Assembly (NCBI GenBank): GCA_964472335.1
Contig: CAYYJU010000013.1
Coordinates: 1-17,582, forward strand
Source of the DNA: an uncultured Candidatus Saccharibacteria bacterium
GTDB taxonomy: Bacteria; Patescibacteriota; Minisyncoccia; Phycocordibacterales; UBA9973
DNA: 17,582 nucleotides
Direction: 5' to 3'
The notes under the pieces were generated by a model. The model was not told the origin of the DNA, did no database searches, and saw only the letters and a program-made list of their open reading frames with translations. The translations under genes and the position numbers were made by a program. Positions 1-6,951 of the stretch are shown here, piece after piece (position 1 is the first letter of the stretch; every line of letters starts with the position of its first letter).

Positions 1-375
1 CTTACTTTCTTTTCTCTTACCTGATGCCATTGTTCTTCGTACATTACCTCTGACAGTTCTTGAATTTGTTTTTGTACGTTGACCTCTGACTGGCAATCTC
101 TTCATGTGCCGACTTCCTCTGTAACTCTTCACATCTTTTAATCTCTTTATGTTTGCTGATATTTCTCTTTTCAAATTTCCTTCTATTGTCATACTTTCTA
201 TGACAGCACGAATTTTATTTTCTTCGTCATCATTTAAATCTTTAGCGTGGCGTCCAGCGTCAATGTTTACTTGTGCTAAAATTTTTCGAGAAGTAGAAAG
301 ACCGATACCATATAGCACGGTCAAACCAAATTCTAATCTTTTTTCGTCTGGTATTGTTATTCCAAGAATTCTCAT
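1..375 (-). CDS. rpsM: 30S ribosomal protein S13, 3' end cut by the window edge
   Basis: Not in the ORF track. The reverse strand from ATG (373-375) reads MRILGITIPDEKRLEFGLTVLYGIGLSTSRKILAQVNIDAGRHAKDLNDDEENKIRAVIESMTIEGNLKREISANIKRLKDVKSYRGSRHMKRLPVRGQRTKTNSRTVRGNVRRTMASGKRKESK with no stop before position 1. This is a typical S13 sequence (YGIG, SYRGxRH, PVRGQRTKTN motifs) and lies directly downstream of rpmJ, as in bacterial alpha operons. Confidence 0.93.
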   Translation of the reverse strand, partial: MRILGITIPDEKRLEFGLTVLYGIGLSTSRKILAQVNIDAGRHAKDLNDDEENKIRAVIESMTIEGNLKREISANIKRLKDVKSYRGSRHMKRLPVRGQRTKTNSRTVRGNVRRTMASGKRKESK

Positions 376-377
376 AA

Positions 378-488
378 TTATTGTTTTTGTTTATGCTTAG
401 GGTTTGAGCAGATAATTCTTAAATGCCTGGCTCTTTTAACCATTTTACAATTGTGACAAATTTTTTTTACTGCTGATTTTATTTTCAT
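378..488 (-). CDS. rpmJ: 50S ribosomal protein L36
   Basis: Not in the ORF track because it is too short. The reverse strand reads [36 protein letters not shown] (36 aa) with the L36 zinc-ribbon pattern C-x2-C...C-x4-H. Its TAA stop is 2 nt before the rpsM ATG. The infA-rpmJ-rpsM order is conserved. Confidence 0.9.
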   Translation of the reverse strand: MKIKSAVKKICHNCKMVKRARHLRIICSNPKHKQKQ

Positions 489-512
489 AAAAGACTTTTA
501 CTTAAATGACAC

Positions 513-540
513 AAAAAAAGGGAAAAAACCCTTATTTTTC
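513..540 (-). terminator. Weak hairpin plus T-run between infA and rpmJ, a possible attenuator or partial terminator
   Basis: The minus strand reads gaaaaat-AAGGG-tttttt-CCCTT-tttttgtg: a 5-bp stem (3 GC), a 6-nt loop, and a T-run after the stem. It sits about 25 nt upstream of the rpmJ ATG. The stem is short, so termination strength is doubtful. Confidence 0.35.
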
Positions 541-595
541 AATACTATAACTTTTTAAAAACCGTATTTACTATAATACACTATTCTTAAAAAAA

Positions 596-826
596 TTACA
601 ACCTTTTTACTATCCTCCCCTTTCCACCATAGGAATCAAGGACGACTTCGACAGAATCACCGACTAAAACCTTGATTCTGTGCATTCGCATTTTCCCAGA
701 TAAATATGCCAAAATTTCTTTATCTACATCGTTTTCTTTTATGTTTACTCTAAACAAAGTAGATGGTAATGCCTCTGTTACTGTCCCTTTTGTCGTCAAA
801 GGTTTTTCGTTTTTAATTTGACTCAT
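596..826 (-). CDS. infA: Translation initiation factor IF-1
   Basis: The 76-aa ORF has the S1-like IF-1 sequence (GTVTEALPSTLFRV...AYLSGKMRMHRIKVLVGDSVEVVLDSYGGKGRIVKRL). It has an ATG start and the conserved position upstream of rpmJ. Confidence 0.95.
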   Translation of the reverse strand: MSQIKNEKPLTTKGTVTEALPSTLFRVNIKENDVDKEILAYLSGKMRMHRIKVLVGDSVEVVLDSYGGKGRIVKRL

Positions 827-836
827 TTATATTTTT

Positions 837-865
837 ATATTAACAGAATTATGACCAATGGTCAA
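837..865 (-). promoter_or_regulatory. Putative sigma70-type promoter for infA
   Basis: The minus strand reads TTGACC (865-860), a 17-nt spacer, then TAATAT (842-837), followed by 10 nt and the infA ATG. The -35 box overlaps the inverted repeat TGACCA-t-TGGTCA. Confidence 0.45.
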
Positions 866-889
866 TGTGTTTTATATTGATAATATTAA

Positions 890-2227
890 TTATTTTGGAT
901 AATTTACAGTAACCTTGATGTCTTTCAATTTACTTGGTATGGATCTAACCCAAAACGGACTAAGCTCAAGCTCAGCAGAATCTACATGAGGATACTGTGA
1001 TAGTATCTCATTGAAGTCTTTTTTTGATTTACCTAAAAGTGACCCCGCAAAACTAGCGTCATCAAACTTCCAGACAACCTTGGCACTACCAGATAAATTG
1101 AAGTTTATATTCTGAACATCGTTGAATGATATGTCTTGGTCTATCATGGTAAAAACTAAATCTTTAATATTTGGTATATAAATCTCACTGTCATCGTAAT
1201 TGGCGATACTGTCTTTGGCAATTTTTGTAGTCAATTCTTTTTCGCTAAACAAAAAACCATACAATGTACCTTTTACTTTGACTGGTAAATTATTATCTAC
1301 TGATGTAAACTCGACACCTTCTTCGTCTATATTCAAAAAGGCTGCGTCTTTGAATAAGATAAACCCGTTTGGAATCTGGTCAATAGCTTTTTGTAAGAGC
1401 TTATCTTTCAAGCTTACTTTGAGTTCATTGAAAACCTTTTGCTGTTCGGCTTCGGCAATAACTGGAGTCTTGCCTTTAAAGCCACCTGTTATTGCTCCGT
1501 TGCTTCTTCCATAAAACTTTTCATATTTTGGAGTTCCCTTGAACCCAGATATAGTGAAATCTAGTGGTTCACTATTGTATTCTACTCCAGCTTCTAATCC
1601 CAAAATACCTACTTCGACTTTCCCAGCAGTGCCATCTATATTCATACCTGGAACGACGACCTCACCAACAGTTTTGTAAAATTTACCATTTGAACCTTCG
1701 AGCTTTGTATTATTTGCAAGTTTTTGAGGGGCAATACTAAATGTATTATATAGAAAGATTTTACCTTTAGAATTTAAAGAGACTTCTTTCTCTTCTCCGC
1801 CAGGAACTTTTTTGACTTCTTCCCCAGAAATAATAACCAAGTCAAAAGATAAGCCATTCGAATTTATATCTTTTATGGCGGACCAATTTTTATCCAAAGA
1901 AAAATCATTTATCTTTGGGTTTACGGTAACTGTAGCTCTGGCAAAGAGAAAAGATAGAGCAAATATAAAAAATATTATAGAAATAAAAGCTACCAACCAA
2001 AGCCCGTGACGAGATTTTGTATTTTTATTTTCTTTAAATTCTCTATATTCTGGAATTTCTCTTTTAGTAAATTCTTGCCTAGGAATTTTTTTTATCGTTG
2101 GATATTTTTTTACCTCTTCCATCCTTGGAGTATCTCTTTGGGTGGTATATCTGACCATCTCCTTTTTAGGAGATTTCAAGGAAGAATTTTTTACTTTCAC
2201 CATGTCTTGAAATAAATTTTTAGGCAT
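890..2227 (-). CDS. Hypothetical single-pass membrane protein: basic N-terminal tail, one TM helix, large C-terminal domain
   Basis: The 445-aa ORF has an ATG start 2 nt after the stop of the upstream actin-fold gene. The first ~75 aa are lysine/arginine-rich, followed by the hydrophobic segment LWLVAFISIIFFIFALSFLFA and then ~350 aa with no motif I recognise. Confidence 0.7.
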   Translation of the reverse strand: MPKNLFQDMVKVKNSSLKSPKKEMVRYTTQRDTPRMEEVKKYPTIKKIPRQEFTKREIPEYREFKENKNTKSRHGLWLVAFISIIFFIFALSFLFARATVTVNPKINDFSLDKNWSAIKDINSNGLSFDLVIISGEEVKKVPGGEEKEVSLNSKGKIFLYNTFSIAPQKLANNTKLEGSNGKFYKTVGEVVVPGMNIDGTAGKVEVGILGLEAGVEYNSEPLDFTISGFKGTPKYEKFYGRSNGAITGGFKGKTPVIAEAEQQKVFNELKVSLKDKLLQKAIDQIPNGFILFKDAAFLNIDEEGVEFTSVDNNLPVKVKGTLYGFLFSEKELTTKIAKDSIANYDDSEIYIPNIKDLVFTMIDQDISFNDVQNINFNLSGSAKVVWKFDDASFAGSLLGKSKKDFNEILSQYPHVDSAELELSPFWVRSIPSKLKDIKVTVNYPK

Positions 2228-2229
2228 AA

Positions 2230-3474
2230 TTATATTTTATCTTGTAGTAAGAATTTTTCAAAGTTACGTTCGGGTACTTTTGCTAAAAAACGATTTATAT
2301 AAGCCCCATCGATGGTGAGAAAAGCATTAAACATGGAGTCTTCCCCGAATTCTGCTATCCCGTGCAAATTTTCAATATTTAAAAATACAATCTGAAATTT
2401 TGATTCCGTCAGTGTGTATTGATTGAATTGCTCAGTCTTTATTATTTCTGCGAAAAATTCTGCTAAATCTTTGTCTACAGTGGTATATACAAAGGCTGGT
2501 ATAGAGATATCATTGGACAGGTTTGCTAGAGATTCTTGAAATTTCTTTAACCATTCTATTTTTAGCCTTGCTATTGCTGGCTCTAATGTATTTAAAGTAT
2601 TCGCTGCTGCGTGTCCATCTTTGAATAATGAAATTAATGACTTAGCTTCTGCTAGTGAGCATTTCATAGTAGAAGCAACCTCGCGTATCATAAAGTTTAT
2701 GCCGAGTGGGAAAGAAGTGGACTCTCGTAAAATATCGTTTTTTACCATAGAAATATCAGTAATTTCTCCTCCAATATTGATCAAAAGAAAATTATTTTGA
2801 TCTACAAATAAATCACGAATTATTGTAAAAGCTGCCAATGTAAATGGAGAAAATTTTATCTCACTACTTATAGCGCTAGAAGTGAAATGTTTGGCTATGG
2901 TTTCTTCTATTTTTTTACATACTTTTTCTTCGCTCATTGAAACGAAGATAGTCATCTCTACTTCTTTAGCTTTTTTACCTAATGGCTTTATGGTCTCATA
3001 GCCATTTAAAACTATTTTAATATTTTTTAATTCAATCAATCGAAGAGCATGGTCAGCATCTGCATATTTCTTTAGATAGTCTTCTTTGAGGAGAGCTATG
3101 TCTTTTTGTATCAACTCTTCGGATAATTTTGAGGTAAATATAAAAGGTGTATCTTGTTTATAACTAATAACTCTGGTCTGAGAAATATGCCATGGTGATG
3201 AAAATATACAGAAAATCCTAGATGGAGCACCTAGACCTTTAGTGTAGATTTTATTTGTTACAGTTTCTAATGCTTGAATCGTAAGAAGTAAAAATCTATC
3301 TGGGTCTACCTTGTCTTCAAGTATTATCGGCTCACGAATAGAAGTAATTATTTTAGGTACGCCAGATTCTCTTATATAAAAAAGGGCAGCTTTTACAGAC
3401 GAAGAGCCAATATCAAAAACTAGGACTAGCTCATCTTTCTTTTTTGATTTAGAAAAAATACCCAAGATATTCAT
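2230..3474 (-). CDS. Actin/HSP70-fold ATPase, divergent FtsA/PilM-like
   Basis: The 414-aa ORF has a phosphate-1-like motif (LVLVFDIGSSSVKAAL) near the N-terminus. It also has a phosphate-2/adenosine-like motif (FLLINIGGEITDISMV ... FPLGINF ... LAEAKSLI) at the spacing seen in FtsA/PilM. I cannot tell from sequence alone whether it is FtsA or PilM. Confidence 0.6.
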   Translation of the reverse strand: MNILGIFSKSKKKDELVLVFDIGSSSVKAALFYIRESGVPKIITSIREPIILEDKVDPDRFLLLTIQALETVTNKIYTKGLGAPSRIFCIFSSPWHISQTRVISYKQDTPFIFTSKLSEELIQKDIALLKEDYLKKYADADHALRLIELKNIKIVLNGYETIKPLGKKAKEVEMTIFVSMSEEKVCKKIEETIAKHFTSSAISSEIKFSPFTLAAFTIIRDLFVDQNNFLLINIGGEITDISMVKNDILRESTSFPLGINFMIREVASTMKCSLAEAKSLISLFKDGHAAANTLNTLEPAIARLKIEWLKKFQESLANLSNDISIPAFVYTTVDKDLAEFFAEIIKTEQFNQYTLTESKFQIVFLNIENLHGIAEFGEDSMFNAFLTIDGAYINRFLAKVPERNFEKFLLQDKI

Positions 3475-3493
3475 AGTGAAATTATATCACTAC

Positions 3494-5245
3494 TTACGAA
3501 ACAAGGACAGCCTTTATGCGTCTAATACCCTGTGCCACAGATTCTTCTTTTTGAATTTTAAAAATTGATAGTTCGTTTGTATTTTTCACATGTGGACCAC
3601 CGCAAAATTCAAGACTAAATGTATCATTATTTACTTCAGGAGTTTTACCTATTGAATACACAGAGACCATGTCAGCGTATTTGACGCCAAATTCCATCTG
3701 AGCGCCTAGTTTTTCTGCTTCAGCTTTTGGCATTTCATGACGAGTGACATTTAGACTTTCTTTTATTTTTTCATTTACCAAGTCCTCTACTTTCTTTTTT
3801 TCTTCATCAGTTAATTTATGGTCACAAAGAAAATCTATACGCAAACGCTCCTCAGTGATATTACTACCTCTTTGTTTTATATTTTTATCCACTACTTGCT
3901 GAAGTGCAGCTAATAATAAGTGATGAGCTGTGTGAAGACGGATGGTTTTTTCATTATGATTTGCTAGTCCCCCTTTAAACATACCTGCAGATGATGTCTG
4001 AGATAATTTTTGATGTTCTGCCATCTTTTTATTAAAATCTTCTTTATCTATAGTCTGTCCTTTTTCTTTTGCTAGTTCTTCGGTTAGCTCTACAGGGAAG
4101 CCATAAGTAGTAGCTAAAATAAATGGGTCAGTACCCTTTTCAAATTCTTTTGCTCCTTCGTTTAAAGTATTTAAAAATCTTTCTTCTTCTTTTTGAAAAA
4201 TTGATTTAATATCTATGTTTTTTAAATCTGGATAAGTAGGTGAATATTTATCGACAAAAAATTTAATTAAATTTGTACTTAAAACTTTATGCGATTCTAA
4301 GGTGCGCATTTTAAATACTGCTCTTCTGATTAATCTCCTTAGTACATAACCCTGATTTTTATTTGCTGGTATAACACCATCGGAAATTAAAAAAGTGGCT
4401 GTCCTTGTATGATCTACAATAACTCTGATAGACTTTTCATCATACTTAAGAGAAGATTCTTTTACTATGTCTAATGCACCTTTTAACAGATCCGTGTCAT
4501 AAGCTGTTTGTTTACCTTGCATTACCGCAGTGATACGCTCTAGTCCTGCACCTGTGTCTACATTTTTTTGTTTTAATTTTCCAATTACTTTTCCATCTTT
4601 CTTTTCATATTCCATGAAAACATCATTCCATATCTCTATGACCCTCTCATCTTTTATTGCTTCCAAGAAATCCGTGTGTGACAAATCTCCGACATCTCCA
4701 GACATGTCATAAAACATTTCACTGCAAGGACCACATGGGCCATTGTCTCCTGGACTCCACCAATTATCTTCAGCTCCTAAGGCATAAATCCTGTTTTCAG
4801 GTATACCTAGGCTCATCCAAATCTTTTTTGATTCTTCATCAAAAGGAGCATTTTCATCTCCTTTAAAAATAGTAAAATACAGACGATTTATATCTAAACC
4901 TAATCCTTCTTCTTTATTAGTTAAAAACTCATAACTCCACTTTATCGCATCTTGCTTGAAATAATCTCCAAGAGACCAATTCCCCATCATTTCAAAAAAA
5001 GAAAAATGGCGCTTATCACCAATATCTTCTAGGTCTCCGGTGCGTACACATTTTTGTATATCTGCTATTCTCTTTCCCATCGGGTGAGATTGCCCCAAGA
5101 GATATGGAACCAATGGTTGCATACCGGCAGTATTAAAAAGTACTGATGGATCGTTTTCAGGTACGAGAGAAGCTGAAGGAATTATTTTATGTTCCCTCTT
5201 TTCAAAAAATTTTAAAAATCTATTTCTGATCTCACTTGAATCCAT
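3494..5245 (-). CDS. alaS: Alanine--tRNA ligase, short form ending after the editing domain
   Basis: N-terminal AlaRS signature (EIRNRFLKFFEKREHKIIPSASLVPENDPSVLFNTAGMQPLVPYLLG), WWSPGDNGPCGPCSE, and the editing-domain zinc motifs HTAHHLL and CGGPHV. It ends ...GIRRIKAVLVS*. I place the start at ATG 5245 (MDSSEIRNRF). The track start at 5311 is a TTG that overlaps the upstream gene. Confidence 0.9.
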   Translation of the reverse strand: MDSSEIRNRFLKFFEKREHKIIPSASLVPENDPSVLFNTAGMQPLVPYLLGQSHPMGKRIADIQKCVRTGDLEDIGDKRHFSFFEMMGNWSLGDYFKQDAIKWSYEFLTNKEEGLGLDINRLYFTIFKGDENAPFDEESKKIWMSLGIPENRIYALGAEDNWWSPGDNGPCGPCSEMFYDMSGDVGDLSHTDFLEAIKDERVIEIWNDVFMEYEKKDGKVIGKLKQKNVDTGAGLERITAVMQGKQTAYDTDLLKGALDIVKESSLKYDEKSIRVIVDHTRTATFLISDGVIPANKNQGYVLRRLIRRAVFKMRTLESHKVLSTNLIKFFVDKYSPTYPDLKNIDIKSIFQKEEERFLNTLNEGAKEFEKGTDPFILATTYGFPVELTEELAKEKGQTIDKEDFNKKMAEHQKLSQTSSAGMFKGGLANHNEKTIRLHTAHHLLLAALQQVVDKNIKQRGSNITEERLRIDFLCDHKLTDEEKKKVEDLVNEKIKESLNVTRHEMPKAEAEKLGAQMEFGVKYADMVSVYSIGKTPEVNNDTFSLEFCGGPHVKNTNELSIFKIQKEESVAQGIRRIKAVLVS

Positions 5246-5252
5246 TTTTTTA

Positions 5253-5729
5253 TTAACTCTGGAATTTATCGTCGATTTTTTCTCCAGCCATTCTTCTGAT
5301 AGGTTTTTCAATTATATTTACTGCGGTTAGCACCACAAATATAATACCAGTGACTATGAAAGCTAGACTGAAAAATCCGAAACCAGAAGCCATACCTACC
5401 CCTGCTGTGACCCACAATCCTCCTGCAGTGGTGAGACCCATCAATCTATTTCCTTGTAAAATTATAGAACCAGCTCCTAGAAAACCAATACCTACGATAA
5501 TTTGTGAAGCTATTCTAGTAGGATCAAATCCTCCAAAAGTTCCGTGTTTTATTGCTATCATTTCAGAAATTATTATGAACAAAGCTGCTCCGATAGAAAC
5601 CAAAGCATGAGTCTTCATGCCAGCTTCTTTGTGAACAATAGCTCTCTCTAAACCAATAAATAGACCTAAGCCTGCAGCTACTACTAATCTTAAAATAACA
5701 TCACCGTTTTGTATTAAAAATTGAGACAT
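5253..5729 (-). CDS. MgtC/SapB family membrane protein
   Basis: Multi-pass hydrophobic protein with the MgtC-family N-terminal signature (RLVVAAGLGLFIGLERAIVHKEAGMKTHALVSIGAALF). I prefer ATG 5729 (MSQFLIQ). The track start at 5744 is a TTG overlapping the mnmA stop. Confidence 0.8.
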   Translation of the reverse strand: MSQFLIQNGDVILRLVVAAGLGLFIGLERAIVHKEAGMKTHALVSIGAALFIIISEMIAIKHGTFGGFDPTRIASQIIVGIGFLGAGSIILQGNRLMGLTTAGGLWVTAGVGMASGFGFFSLAFIVTGIIFVVLTAVNIIEKPIRRMAGEKIDDKFQS

Positions 5730-5736
5730 AAACCAA

Positions 5737-6936
5737 TTATACAACTACTCCACCACCTAGGCAAATGTCACCATCATAGACTACTACAGACTGACCACTC
5801 GCCACCAAGACTGGTTTTTCAAAAATTATCTCAGCACTGTCTTTTGTTTTTATTTTAATTTTGCAAGATAAAAATTCTCCATGATAGCGAATCTGTGCTG
5901 TATATGTTTTATCTTCTTTTGGTATTTCTGAAATCCAATTTATACTCTGCAGTCCAAGATAAAAAGGTGTGCTTTCTTTGGTCTTCGCAACCAAAGCTGG
6001 GTCAGCTATATTCAAGACAGAGTGCGAGCCATGAGAAAGCATCACCTTTTTATCTTGGGAAACAACTAAAATATTTTTCTTTATATCTTTTGCTACAACA
6101 TAATAAGCTCCATCATTCGGGCTCTTTTTAGTGATTACGAAACCATGCCTTTCTCCGAGAGTATGAAACACGGCACCATCATGACGGCCAATCACTTCCC
6201 CGTTCTCATTTACCACATCACCCTTTTTTTCTTTTATGTAATGCTTTAAAAATTCTTTTAAATCAATCGCACCTAAAAAACAAATACCCTGACTATCATG
6301 TTTTTCAGCTACTGGTAATTTGAATTTTTTCGCTAACTTCCTAACCTCTGTTTTCTTTAGGTGTCCTATAGGGAATAAAATTTTAGACAGCTGTTTTTGA
6401 TTTAAAGTCCAAAGGAAATATGATTGGTCCTTGCTTGGGTCTACCCCCTTTAAAAGGCAAGAATTTGTTCTTTCTTCACCTTTCGCAACCAAAGCTGGGT
6501 CAGCTATATTCAAGACAGAGTGCGAGGTGTGAGAAAGAATCAAATTCTTGCGCATTGCATAATGCCCAGTAGCTACAAAATCCGCGCCCATAGAAAGTGC
6601 CTTTTTTAAAAAAGCTCCAAACTTTACTTCTTTATTACACATGACATCTGGGTTTGGAGTCCGCCCAGCTTTATACTCTCTTATCATATAGTCTGCTACT
6701 TCATTTTTATATACATCTTCAAGATCAAGTGCTAGAAATGGTATGTCTAAATACGCAGCCACACGCATGGCGTCTCTCTTTTCATCTTCTTCATTGCATT
6801 CTATGAAATCTGGGTGCCAAGTCTTTATAAAAACCCCCACTACTTCATAGCCTTTTTGTTTTAGTAAGGTAGCGGAAACAGCGCTATCTACGCCCCCAGA
6901 AAGCCCTACAAATATTGTCTGCTTTTTTCTTACCAT
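5737..6936 (-). CDS. mnmA: tRNA 2-thiouridine(34) synthase MnmA carrying two in-frame repeat insertions
   Basis: PP-loop SGGVDSAV, catalytic-Cys contexts PNPDVMCNKEVKF and DSQGICFLG, ATGHYA, KDQSYFLW, and C-terminal GQSVVVYDGDICLGGGVV. At 399 aa it is longer than typical MnmA because ..LSH(T/G)SHSVLNIADPALVAK.. occurs twice. Confidence 0.92.
   Translation of the reverse strand: MVRKKQTIFVGLSGGVDSAVSATLLKQKGYEVVGVFIKTWHPDFIECNEEDEKRDAMRVAAYLDIPFLALDLEDVYKNEVADYMIREYKAGRTPNPDVMCNKEVKFGAFLKKALSMGADFVATGHYAMRKNLILSHTSHSVLNIADPALVAKGEERTNSCLLKGVDPSKDQSYFLWTLNQKQLSKILFPIGHLKKTEVRKLAKKFKLPVAEKHDSQGICFLGAIDLKEFLKHYIKEKKGDVVNENGEVIGRHDGAVFHTLGERHGFVITKKSPNDGAYYVVAKDIKKNILVVSQDKKVMLSHGSHSVLNIADPALVAKTKESTPFYLGLQSINWISEIPKEDKTYTAQIRYHGEFLSCKIKIKTKDSAEIIFEKPVLVASGQSVVVYDGDICLGGGVVV
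5954..6058. repeat. Palindromic element copy A (~105 bp) inside mnmA
   Basis: Imperfect hairpin. The arm 5954-5969 (ccaagataaaaaggtg) is the exact reverse complement of 6043-6058. Further pairs are tgctttct/agaaagca, tgg/cca and tcgca/tgcga. The 45-bp core at 5984-6028 is identical to copy B. Confidence 0.85.
6457..6551. repeat. Palindromic element copy B (~95 bp) inside mnmA
   Basis: Imperfect hairpin. The arm 6457-6467 (gcaagaatttg) is the exact reverse complement of 6541-6551. Further pairs are ttctttct/agaaagaa, cacc/ggtg and tcgca/tgcga. The 45-bp core at 6482-6526 is identical to copy A. Confidence 0.85.
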
Positions 6937-6951
6937 AGATGTAATTTACCT

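Noticed and set aside
5246-5311. N-terminal extensions from the track starts for alaS (5311), the MgtC-family gene (5744) and mltG (7938).
   Set aside because: All three track starts are TTG codons that overlap the upstream gene. In each case an ATG further in (5245, 5729, 7884) removes the overlap and matches the usual family N-terminus (e.g. MDSSEIRNRFLKFF for AlaRS).
5954-6551. Whether the mnmA repeat pair could be a DGR template/variable repeat pair or a mini-CRISPR array.
   Set aside because: There is no reverse transcriptase nearby, and differences between the copies are not adenine-specific and lie in the arms rather than the core. There are only two copies, both inside a CDS and about 450 bp apart, each internally palindromic over ~100 bp, with no cas genes. 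This is not CRISPR-like.
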